A stretch of DNA of 18,660 nucleotides, from assembly GCA_048941285.1 (NCBI GenBank), contig JBHLNS010000056.1:1-18660 (forward strand), read 5' to 3'. The stretch is from Promethearchaeota archaeon (GTDB taxonomy: Archaea > Asgardarchaeota > Lokiarchaeia > Sigyniarchaeales > SOKP01). The position numbers and the translations under genes were made by a program. Of this stretch, positions 8,777 to 17,467 are shown one piece after another (positions within the stretch are counted from its first letter, which is position 1; every line of letters begins with the position of its first letter). The notes under the pieces were generated by a model. That model ran no database searches and was not told the origin of the DNA. It saw only the letters and a program-made list of their open reading frames with translations.

Positions 8777-9463
8777 TTATAAGTTTAAAAAATAGTTAAG
8801 TGCAGCCTCCACGTGGAGTTCTATGGTATCCAATAATTTTATATCTGTATCTTTTTGTTGTAGGACTAGTGGTAATTCTGTGCATCCTAAGATTATCCCA
8901 TCTACATTGCTATAATTATTTATTATTTGGATTATTTTATTTTTAGACTCTTTTTTATAAAAACCAATGACAAGCTCCTCAAAAATTACTTTTTCTATTA
9001 CATCTTGTTCTTGATCATTAGGAGTAATTACTTCGATACCCAGGTTTTTAAAATAGAGTTGGTAAAAACTAGATTGCATAGTAAATTTTATCCCTAAAAG
9101 TAATAATTTTTTCATGTTTTCTTGTTGTGCTCTTTTAGCCACAGCCTCTAAAATGCTTAAAATTGGGACTGCTGACATATTTTTTAAATCATTGTATACT
9201 GCATGTGGCGAATTTGCTGCTATTACTATAAAATTTGCCCCCCCTTTTTCTAATGATTTAATTCCATTCATTAAATAATCGATATATTTCTTTTTCTCAT
9301 TCTTACGTTCTAAATTAGTAATAATTTGAAAATTTAAACTGAATATTATTATTTCAGGATAATTATAGTTTTTAAATTTCTCATAGTATTTTTCAAGAAT
9401 TAATTCATAATATTTAATAGTCGATTCATAAGAAATTCCCCCTAAAATTCCAATTCTATTCAC
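8777..9463 (-). CDS. Aspartate/glutamate racemase family protein (RacX/YgeA-like)
   Basis: Motifs RIGILGGISYEST, IAANSPH, LLLGIKFTM and ILGCTELP. GTG at 9463 has GGAGG 10 nt upstream (9474-9478), preferred over the TTG at 9517 in the ORF track. Confidence 0.92.
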   Translation of the reverse strand: MNRIGILGGISYESTIKYYELILEKYYEKFKNYNYPEIIIFSLNFQIITNLERKNEKKKYIDYLMNGIKSLEKGGANFIVIAANSPHAVYNDLKNMSAVPILSILEAVAKRAQQENMKKLLLLGIKFTMQSSFYQLYFKNLGIEVITPNDQEQDVIEKVIFEELVIGFYKKESKNKIIQIINNYSNVDGIILGCTELPLVLQQKDTDIKLLDTIELHVEAALNYFLNL

Positions 9464-9574
9464 TTTTCTTAAGCCTCCTTCACTAATAACTCCTTTTCTA
9501 ATAGTATAATTGTTCAATATAAATATGTTTACACTATTAATGATTAAAAAAAAAGTAAATTAGGATTTTCATTA

Positions 9575-10480
9575 TTATTTCCTTCTCTTGTTAATAATAA
9601 AGATTGATAAAATGGAAAAAATACCAAGTAGTAAGAAAACATCATAACCTGGAATTACTCCATCAGGTATATCAGGTATAATAATAGTTGAAAAATCATA
9701 ATTTTCAGTAGGAGCTATTAATGGATAAAGATCGACATCAATTCCAACTCCATCTTCAAAATGGTGAATTTCATCTCCAATTCCATCATTATCCTCATCA
9801 GAACCTGGGTAAGCTCTCCAATAGTTCCCGATATAATTTGTAAAAGTTCTACCATTATAGGTGTAATTAAATTCTTTTCTTGAATAAAATCTAAGGGTTG
9901 AATCCTGAATGAATAAATCGTAAATAGTTCCTCTAATATTATTTAAGTACGCATAAAAATTATCACAATTTACTAGTCTAATTCCCCGCTCGTGTTGGGA
10001 AGTAATGGAATTTCCAATAAGAGTTATATTCTTACTAATATAAAAATACATCCCAATATTAGATTTAATAAATGAATTATTAATTAAGCTCCCATAACTC
10101 ACATTCCATAACTTAATTCCAGCCTCAGATAAATCAAATGCATTTTCCGCATTAGTGAGACTACAGTTTAATATCATAAAATAATCATCAGAATTTTCAA
10201 TAAAAATACAGCTTCCTACATGGCCTGCATCAATAACTAAATCCTCTATGAGATAAGGGTTTGTTAAGGTACCATTCCCAGAGCAAATCCCCGCAGCTTT
10301 AACGGCAGACCAATTATTATTGATATGAATTTTTTCTGATACTTTTAAAAGGTTTAATTTTTCAGAGAGATCGATATTCTCTTCAGTTAAATTGATATTA
10401 CCCATATTTGTGCTTAATAAACTAAGACTTATTCCTAGAATTAATAAAAATATTTTTTTCTTATTATTTTTGAACTTCAT
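9575..10480 (-). CDS. Secreted NosD/pectin-lyase-like parallel beta-helix protein with Loki-CTERM sorting signal
   Basis: N-terminal basic plus hydrophobic signal, GNGTLTNPYLIE, beta-helix repeats (GIKLWN, GMYFY, GIRLVN), GNYW...DEDNDGIGD...DLYPL. C-terminus IPGYD + TM helix + KRRK. Confidence 0.88.
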   Translation of the reverse strand: MKFKNNKKKIFLLILGISLSLLSTNMGNINLTEENIDLSEKLNLLKVSEKIHINNNWSAVKAAGICSGNGTLTNPYLIEDLVIDAGHVGSCIFIENSDDYFMILNCSLTNAENAFDLSEAGIKLWNVSYGSLINNSFIKSNIGMYFYISKNITLIGNSITSQHERGIRLVNCDNFYAYLNNIRGTIYDLFIQDSTLRFYSRKEFNYTYNGRTFTNYIGNYWRAYPGSDEDNDGIGDEIHHFEDGVGIDVDLYPLIAPTENYDFSTIIIPDIPDGVIPGYDVFLLLGIFSILSIFIINKRRK

Positions 10481-10694
10481 GATTTTTTCGCTTGAATTTT
10501 CTTATGTTATTAAATGCGCCTGTTGATTTATAGAGTAAGTATATGAACTATGATTGAACTTAATACTTTTGTTCATAACTTAGAATCTATTTATAATTAG
10601 TTTTTTAAAATTACAATTTATACTTTTTTATCTAATAAAAACTAATTCAATTTATTACAACAGAATTTAAATTGATCCTGTTTTCTGGCAAAAA

Positions 10695-11243
10695 TTAATA
10701 ATAAATTCTATCTGTAATAACTTTTCCTTTCTTGGAAAATTCTATGCCCTCCATCTCTAACAATGCACGTTTCATAGTAATCCCTCCTTGAAATCCACCA
10801 AGTTCTCCGTTCGTCTTTAGTACCCTGTGACAAGGAATAATAATCGGAAATGGATTGTTTGCTAATAGATTTCCCACCGCTCTTGCCCCATTTTCTAAAC
10901 CAGTATGAATAGCGATTCTTTTATAAGTACTTACCCATCCTCGTGGAATCTGATAGTCTGTCTTAAGTACTTTTTCCTGCAATTTAGAACAAGAAGTAAA
11001 ATCACACCACTTCAGATCAAATTTTAACTCTTCACCCTCTAAAAATCGTTTTATTTTATCAGCAAGCATCTCGACTGATGAGGACGAACCAGTTTTAATC
11101 TGTTTGAAAAAAACTAATGCCCTTTGTTCTGATCTTCGTTCAGAATCGCTGAGAAATATACGTTGCAACTTAAGTTTAGGTTCTGTGCCACTCCATACTA
11201 TAGTGAAAGTATTAAACGGAGAAGAAAAAGTAAGATATTCCAT
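10695..11243 (-). CDS. ogt: Methylated-DNA--protein-cysteine methyltransferase (O6-alkylguanine-DNA alkyltransferase)
   Basis: IPRGWVSTYKRIA, ARAVG, NPFPIIIPCHRV active-site motif, KRALLEMEG. Confidence 0.96.
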   Translation of the reverse strand: MEYLTFSSPFNTFTIVWSGTEPKLKLQRIFLSDSERRSEQRALVFFKQIKTGSSSSVEMLADKIKRFLEGEELKFDLKWCDFTSCSKLQEKVLKTDYQIPRGWVSTYKRIAIHTGLENGARAVGNLLANNPFPIIIPCHRVLKTNGELGGFQGGITMKRALLEMEGIEFSKKGKVITDRIYY

Positions 11244-11442
11244 GGAATAAAACCATAATTTTTAAAATTTAAAATTTGTTAATAAGATTTATTCGTAAAA
11301 TCACCGATAAACCTTAAATTTATTCCACATGTTCTTGAAACCTTATTAATAAATCCCTACATCGACTTATAATATTTAGGTTTTACTTAACTTTATTCCT
11401 CATAAATATTGTCTATGGATCTTAATCTTTCAACATAACGAT

Positions 11443-12036
11443 TTAATCTTGATTTGAATATCGTTGTTGTTTCCAAGGATCAGCTTTATTAGAATAACCT
11501 CCTCTTTCCCAATAGCCTAACCGATCTTCCTTGAGAAAAGTAATCCTTATTACCCATTTTGCGGATTTGTAAAAATATAAGTTAGGGATAATTGGTCTAA
11601 CCGGACCTCCATGTTTTTCAGTTATAGGCTGCTCTTCATAAGTTAATGCTAAGATTGTATTTTCTTCTTGTAATTTTCCTATTGGAACCGTTGTAGTAAA
11701 ACCATCATCGGCACAAAGAAATTCTACATAATGGGCAGTAGGCTTTGGTTTTACTAAGTTAAATATTTTATTGAAGGATATACCACCCCATCGTGTATTA
11801 TATTTACTCCAAGAGGTTACACAATGAATATCTACTATAATCTCTTTATCTTGAATTTTTTTTAAGTCTTTCAATGTAAATTTCATAGGATTTTCTAACT
11901 CCCCGTCAAGTTCTAAAATATAAGTCTCTCTATCAATAGTAGGAATTCTGCCTTTTTGTAGGACAGGGAATCGATCTGTTAAATGTTGACCAGGGGGTAA
12001 TCTTGATTTTTCTTTTTTTTCTGAATTTTGATTCAT
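11443..12036 (-). CDS. Sulfite oxidase-family molybdopterin-dependent oxidoreductase (YuiH/MsrP-like, cytoplasmic)
   Basis: RLPPGQ, DIHCVTSWS (Mo-ligand Cys), HGGPVR, YFYKSAKWV, GYWERGGY. No signal peptide. Confidence 0.93.
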   Translation of the reverse strand: MNQNSEKKEKSRLPPGQHLTDRFPVLQKGRIPTIDRETYILELDGELENPMKFTLKDLKKIQDKEIIVDIHCVTSWSKYNTRWGGISFNKIFNLVKPKPTAHYVEFLCADDGFTTTVPIGKLQEENTILALTYEEQPITEKHGGPVRPIIPNLYFYKSAKWVIRITFLKEDRLGYWERGGYSNKADPWKQQRYSNQD

Positions 12037-12176
12037 TTTTAACTATTCAATTATCTTAAATAAAAATAATTATAAACACTTTTAAGAAAATGGATTATTC
12101 AATACATTTTAAAGTTAATTTTCTTCATCTTGAGATTTTAGTGTAGAAAAATTATATAGTTGTTGAGAATTTAATT

Positions 12177-12200
12177 TTCGTGAAACCTTAATTTCACGAA
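12177..12200. promoter_or_regulatory. Perfect 9-bp inverted repeat, candidate operator between divergent genes
   Basis: TTCGTGAAA-CCTTAA-TTTCACGAA. Confidence 0.45.
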
Positions 12201-12334
12201 GAACTAGTCATAGCCATATGATATTAGAATGATTCATAATACATATAAACTACTGCCAATAAACCAATAATATTAATTTTCTTTTTTGACTATATTGTTT
12301 TCCAACAAGAAACTACTTGATCTTTAATTAAATT

Positions 12335-12374
12335 ATTTAAATATTGAAGGCTCTTTTTGTTAATATATAAAGAT
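12335..12374 (+). promoter_or_regulatory. Putative archaeal promoter (TATA box TTTAAATA at 12336-12343) of MFS paralog 1
   Basis: TATA-like box about 50 nt before the ATG; the block is conserved upstream of paralog 2 (33 of 40 aligned columns identical). Confidence 0.6.
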
Positions 12375-12391
12375 GATGTGTATATTTTATT

Positions 12392-13636
12392 ATGGAAGAA
12401 CAGAATAATAAAGGTTCTTTAACAAGTTATATTTTTTTTTGGATGGGGCAATTAATTTCAATTCTTGGCTCCAGTATAGTCTATTTTGCATTAACTTGGT
12501 GGTTAATAGATCTAACTGAGAGTGCGATAGTACTTTCAATTGGATCACTATCCTATTTAATTCCGTTTATTTTAGCTTCATTAATAGGAGGTGTGGTAGC
12601 AGATAAATATGATAGAAAAAAGGTAATTTTAATTGTCGATTCTCTTCAAGCATTTTCAACATTTGTAATGTGGGTATTTTTTGTCCTAAACCTCATGGAA
12701 TTTTGGATTTTATTCTTCTTTTTTGCTTTTAGATCTGTTTGCCAAGCTTTTCATATGCCTACAGAGAGCTCAATTATACCTACTATGGTACCTAAAAAGC
12801 ATTTAAGTAGAATTAATGGTATAAACTTTGTCGCGACAGGATTTATCCACATTATTGGTCCCATAGTAGCTGGTCCCTTATTATTGTTATTTGAAATAAA
12901 ACAGATTTTATGGATTGATGTAATTACATTTTTAATTTCTGTGATACCTCTATTAATAGTTAAAATCCCCACTATACATAAAGAGGATGAAAAACATGAG
13001 CGAAAATCTTTTGGGAAACAATTTAAATTGGGATTTAAAGTTTTAGTCGCTGTTCCAGGACTATTAGCTATGATAGTTCAAGCTATGATCTGTAATTTCT
13101 TAATGCAACCCATTGGTACATTATTACCTTATTATGTAAGAGTTTTTCATATGGGATCTGTTGTTAATTGGGCATTAGTTTCAATGGCGTTTAACATTGG
13201 AATGTTCATAGGTGGAATTATTACTGCGATTAAAGGGAAATGGACTCATAAAATCCCCATAATTACTTTAGCGGTTGTTATTCATGGAATAGCATATATG
13301 TTATTTGCATTTCTACCAATAGGGGCCTTCTTTCCGATGATGATATATTCAGGAATAAGGGGGTTAACTATGCCAATTATAAACGCCATTTACTTCACAA
13401 TTCTACAAACTAGCGTACCACCTGAAAAGTTGGGGAGAATTGTTTCAATCGATAACACTCTCTCATTTATAGCTATGCCTATAGGAACTACACTCTCGGG
13501 AATTTTAGCAGAATTTTATGGTATAGGACCCTTATTCTTTATTAGTGCCAGTTTATACATTTTAATCACCATAATGACTTTTCTGTTTACTAACCTTCGA
13601 AAACTCGACTCTATAAAAGAAGTTAGGGAAAGCTAA
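12392..13636 (+). CDS. MFS transporter, DHA3/MefA-like efflux family (paralog 1)
   Basis: FFWMGQLISILGS, GGVVADKYDRKKV, IIPTMVPKKHLSRING, LQTSVPPEKLGR; about 12 TM segments. Confidence 0.93.
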   Translation: MEEQNNKGSLTSYIFFWMGQLISILGSSIVYFALTWWLIDLTESAIVLSIGSLSYLIPFILASLIGGVVADKYDRKKVILIVDSLQAFSTFVMWVFFVLNLMEFWILFFFFAFRSVCQAFHMPTESSIIPTMVPKKHLSRINGINFVATGFIHIIGPIVAGPLLLLFEIKQILWIDVITFLISVIPLLIVKIPTIHKEDEKHERKSFGKQFKLGFKVLVAVPGLLAMIVQAMICNFLMQPIGTLLPYYVRVFHMGSVVNWALVSMAFNIGMFIGGIITAIKGKWTHKIPIITLAVVIHGIAYMLFAFLPIGAFFPMMIYSGIRGLTMPIINAIYFTILQTSVPPEKLGRIVSIDNTLSFIAMPIGTTLSGILAEFYGIGPLFFISASLYILITIMTFLFTNLRKLDSIKEVRES

Positions 13637-13694
13637 ATTCAAGTATTATTTTTGCATATTTCTTTCGGAAAACATAATAATATAAAGTTATACG

Positions 13695-13732
13695 ATTTAA
13701 ATATTTAGGGCTCTTACTGTTAGTATAAAGAT
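13695..13732 (+). promoter_or_regulatory. Duplicated putative promoter of MFS paralog 2 (TTTAAATA at 13696-13703)
   Basis: ATTTAAATATTTAGGGCTCTTACTGTTAGTATAAAGAT aligns with 12335-12374. Confidence 0.6.
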
Positions 13733-13755
13733 AGAGATCAATGGTTTCATTACAC

Positions 13756-14979
13756 ATGGTAAAAACAATAAATATGAGCTCTTTTCCGAGCTATATTTTT
13801 TTTTGGATAGGTCAGTTAGTTTCTATATTTGGATCCATAGTAGTGTTTTTTAGTTTAAACTTTTGGTTATCAAGCACTACGGGGAGTGCTATAGCAATTA
13901 CAATTGGGTCACTTTCGTTTTTAATTCCCTCTCTTTTGACATTATTGGTAGGAGGGGTAGTAGCAGATAATTATGATAGGAAAAAAGTAATATTATTAGT
14001 GGGTTCAATTCAAGCTTCTTCAATTTTTACTATGTGGCTGTTATTTACATTTAATTTCCTGGAGTTTTGGATGCTTTACTTCTTTTTTGCTATTCGCGCA
14101 GTTTGCCAAGCTTTTCATATACCTACAGAATTTGCTATTATTCCGACCATGGTACCCAAGAAACATTTAAGCCGAATTAATGGTATCGCTTTTGTCGCAA
14201 TAGGATTTATTCAAATTATTGGACCTTTAGTAGGTAGTCGATTATTAGTATTTCACAGCATTAAACAAATTTTATGGATTGATATAATTACTTTTACAAT
14301 ATCTATCGTGCCTTTAATTTTGGTTAAAATTCCTTCTGTAAAAAAAAAACAAGGAATTCATGAACTAGAATTGTTTGGAAAACAATTTCGAACTGGATTT
14401 AAAGCTCTAATTACTGTCCCAGGACTGTTAGTTTTAATGATTCAAATATTAATATTTAGTTTTCTCATACTCCCATTTAATACAACATTAGCTCTCTATA
14501 TAACTAGTGTTCATATGGGATCTCCTCCTATTATTCAACTAATTTTCATATCATCATTTATTGGGATATTTATTGGAGGAATAATTGCTGCGATTAAAGG
14601 TACGTGGGCGTATAAAACTCCAATAATTTCACTAATGATTGTCATTCATGGAATTACTTATGCTTTATTTGTATTCATACCAATAGGGAATTTCATCCTT
14701 ATGATAATATACTCGATAATTGGAGGCTTAACTATGTCGATTATTTACGCGATATTCTTCACAATCTTACAGACAAGTGTTCTCCATGAAAAAGTAGGAA
14801 GAATATTCTCAATATATAACACTCTCTCTAGCGGTATTAATTATATAGGAGTAACAGTGTCAGGCTATTTAGTTGAGTTTTTTGGAATGGGACTGTTATT
14901 CTTTATTTGCGCCATTTTATATCTTATCATCACAATTTTGATTTTTTTCTTCACTGGACTTCAAAACTTGATTATATAA
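13756..14979 (+). CDS. MFS transporter, DHA3/MefA-like efflux family (paralog 2, tandem duplicate)
   Basis: Colinear with paralog 1, including an identical IIPTMVPKKHLSRINGI. ATG 13756 aligns with the paralog-1 start; the ORF track starts at 13741. Confidence 0.92.
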   Translation: MVKTINMSSFPSYIFFWIGQLVSIFGSIVVFFSLNFWLSSTTGSAIAITIGSLSFLIPSLLTLLVGGVVADNYDRKKVILLVGSIQASSIFTMWLLFTFNFLEFWMLYFFFAIRAVCQAFHIPTEFAIIPTMVPKKHLSRINGIAFVAIGFIQIIGPLVGSRLLVFHSIKQILWIDIITFTISIVPLILVKIPSVKKKQGIHELELFGKQFRTGFKALITVPGLLVLMIQILIFSFLILPFNTTLALYITSVHMGSPPIIQLIFISSFIGIFIGGIIAAIKGTWAYKTPIISLMIVIHGITYALFVFIPIGNFILMIIYSIIGGLTMSIIYAIFFTILQTSVLHEKVGRIFSIYNTLSSGINYIGVTVSGYLVEFFGMGLLFFICAILYLIITILIFFFTGLQNLII

Positions 14980-15124
14980 AAGAAGTCAGCGAAAGTTGAG
15001 AAAAACTTCCTGATCTACTAATCATCTAAATAGGTTGAAATGTAATGTATATAAATGGAATCAACTTAATTATGTACTAATCATATTCTATATTTTTCAT
15101 AAATAAACGATTGAGGTAATTATT

Positions 15125-15607
15125 ATCTCTACTTTAAAAGTTAAATATAGAAAGTGTGGAGCAAAAGTAACTCCTGGTTATGATTTCTGTTTATCATGTG
15201 GTATAAAATTTAGCGAAATGTCACCAACAACAAGAGTACATGATTCAGCATCAGTTGTAGGTTCAGTTGCTGACAAAGTTAGCGGAGGAGCCTTGAATGT
15301 AACTGATGCTCTCGATTTATGCTTCATCGTTACAGCAGCGTATGGCTCACACCTTTCTCCACAAGTTAAGTTCCTAAGGTACGTTCGAGATAAAAAATTA
15401 AAACAATCAAGGTTAGGAGATCTATTCGTCCAAAGATTTGAATGGTTATATTACAACTTCAGCCCACAAGTTGCTATTGTCATGTATAGATATCGATTCT
15501 TCAAACGATTATTGAAATGGTTATTGGTAACTCCTATTGTATACTTCTTAATGAGCATTTTCAAGCCTTCAGACTCTCTTAAAAAAAAAATTCGAAGGGC
15601 TAATTAG
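15125..15607 (+). CDS. Zinc-ribbon (degenerate) + CFI-box-CTERM domain protein; first ATG at 15218
   Basis: CFIVTAAYGS...VKFLRYVRD...GDLFV...YYNFSPQVA...TM + basic tail matches CFI-box-CTERM. The in-frame upstream sequence encodes YRKCGAKVTPGYDFCLSCG, beginning at ATC 15125, 7 nt after GAGGT. The start position is uncertain. Confidence 0.8.
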   Translation: MSTLKVKYRKCGAKVTPGYDFCLSCGIKFSEMSPTTRVHDSASVVGSVADKVSGGALNVTDALDLCFIVTAAYGSHLSPQVKFLRYVRDKKLKQSRLGDLFVQRFEWLYYNFSPQVAIVMYRYRFFKRLLKWLLVTPIVYFLMSIFKPSDSLKKKIRRAN

Positions 15608-15697
15608 TTATTCTCAATAATTTTGAATAAATCTCCAAATACATTCTTAAAATAATAAAATTTAATTATTTGGGAATGCTTTTTAATATATATTATT

Positions 15698-15769
15698 GGG
15701 CCCATGGATTAGTGGAAGATCGTTCGCTTGGCATGCGAAAGGCCGCGGGTTCAATTCCCGCTGGGTCCA
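15698..15769 (+). tRNA. tRNA-Ala (anticodon GGC), intronless, CCA not encoded
   Basis: Cloverleaf: acceptor GGGCCCA/TGGGTCC with the G3:U70 Ala identity pair, D arm GATT/GATC, anticodon arm TTCGC-TTGGCAT-GCGAA, T arm GCGGG-TTCAATT-CCCGC, discriminator A. Confidence 0.98.
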
Positions 15770-15907
15770 TTAAGATTTCTCTTTTTGGACTATTAAATCT
15801 CATAGATTATAGTTAATCTTTTATTTCTTTTGAGATTTATTATAAAAATTAATAACTCAATAGTTTAACATATAAAAGGAAAAAAATAAAAAAAGTTACT
15901 TAATTAA

Positions 15908-16828
15908 TTATCTCTTACGTCGTCGAATTATGACAATAACAGCTACCCCAATAGCAGCAGCAGGAATTATTATAGATACACTAATGATTAATGGAGTCCA
16001 AACATCATTGGGTATTGTAGAAGAAGTTAAGTAAAGCCACAGCGAGATCTTGAATAATAAATTCCATTCAGAATCTGGGTCATTAAAAGAATCGAAATCT
16101 GAAGTTCCATCTCTATCACTATTCTCTTCATATTCTGGATGGGGGGAACTTACAAATACGGTACCCCTTCCATATCTGAAAGTAATCATGCCGGGTTGAT
16201 CGTTGTAGGAATATGTCATTATAGGATTAATATTCGACATATCTTGAGAATAGTAATATTGTGATGACCAATAAAGCAAGCGATAAGAAATAGGTTCATC
16301 TGAAAGATCTGGTCCAGTTGATTCTTGATTAACATTCATCTCAATCATATGAGTACCTCCTGGGATTTCTGGAGTAGTTGGTAGAAAATAACCATCGACA
16401 AGATTCAGTCCAGTAGTACCAAAAAAAGATCCACCACAGATACCGAAATATGAACCACCATTCCTAAGGAAATTTCTAACAATGTCTAGACCATTGCTCC
16501 CTAATGTACCGCTATACGAAAATGCATCTCCTCCTGGATAAACTAGTATATCACAATCAGTTAAGCTACCACTTAGTATATTATAAGAATTTATACTATA
16601 TACACTTGCATTCATCCATTCAAACATTTCTCTCAAAGCGACATAACTACTTTGTAGTGCGCCATCACCATTATATACCATTACATTAACACCCTCTAAG
16701 TCAGTCTGTGTTTGAGAAACTCCATATCTTATATTAGGGAGATTAATTGTTATGAATAAAATGAATAGGGTAAAAAAAAACATCCCTATTGATTGCGATT
16801 TTTTATGTTTAAAAAGATAATTACTCAT
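15908..16828 (-). CDS. Membrane-anchored BPL-N domain (class I glutamine amidotransferase-like) protein
   Basis: VMVYNGDGA, ILVYPGG, IVRNFLRNGGSYFGICGG, YGRGTVFVSSPHPE. N-terminal hydrophobic segment; C-terminal TM + RRRKR. Confidence 0.88.
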   Translation of the reverse strand: MSNYLFKHKKSQSIGMFFFTLFILFITINLPNIRYGVSQTQTDLEGVNVMVYNGDGALQSSYVALREMFEWMNASVYSINSYNILSGSLTDCDILVYPGGDAFSYSGTLGSNGLDIVRNFLRNGGSYFGICGGSFFGTTGLNLVDGYFLPTTPEIPGGTHMIEMNVNQESTGPDLSDEPISYRLLYWSSQYYYSQDMSNINPIMTYSYNDQPGMITFRYGRGTVFVSSPHPEYEENSDRDGTSDFDSFNDPDSEWNLLFKISLWLYLTSSTIPNDVWTPLIISVSIIIPAAAIGVAVIVIIRRRKR

Positions 16829-17467
16829 ATTTTTTGCACTGTATAGTTTTAATTTCTTTTATTTTTTTAAAATTTAATTAAAGAAAATAACTTTAAAAAT
16901 ATTTTAACTCATAAGATTATTAAACTTGATATTTTGACTTTATAACTAACTTGCCTCAACGGTTTTGTAAAAATTGTCATTCTGTCTAAAGACTAAAAGA
17001 AAAAATTTCGTTCGACTATTTACTTTAAATAAGAAATTATCGAGCTTTAAATAGGAGTGCTTCAAATACTTAATAATTTAGAATCTTGCAAAGAAAAGAG
17101 AAAAAAACCATAACAAAACCTTAAAATCCTTCCTTCTTATCTTTTCATATAAGGTATCTACAGATTATTTAGAATGATTCTTTTTATTTTTTTCTAATAT
17201 TTCTTCGATATTTTAGAGGCAAAAGTCTCACTGATTGCAGATATTAATTTATTACTTGAAAAATAATAATTTACATCTCTCATCCCCCTCAAAAAACATA
17301 TTAAGAGATAAAATCAGATCTTTGAAAACTGAACTACATTACCTCAACTTAATTCTGGTGAATAAAAAAATCTACTAGTAGAAATCATTAATACGGTATA
17401 CTTATATATTAATTTGACCAAATAGTATTATATTCAATTAATTCGACAAAATTGTATACTAGTCAAG

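Noticed and set aside
11303-11320. BRE/TATA-like CCGATAAACCTTAAAT on the + strand, antisense to flanking genes
   Set aside because: Such motifs are frequent in AT-rich DNA; no downstream + strand gene or other support.
12751-12972. 73-aa minus-strand ORF
   Set aside because: Antisense shadow within MFS paralog 1.
16075-16086. CTGGGTCATTAA resembling the tRNA 3' end (possible att site)
   Set aside because: Short gapped match inside an intact CDS; no integrase in the window.
16504-16689. 61-aa His/Tyr-rich + strand ORF
   Set aside because: Antisense to the BPL-N gene; its composition reflects codon bias on the other strand.
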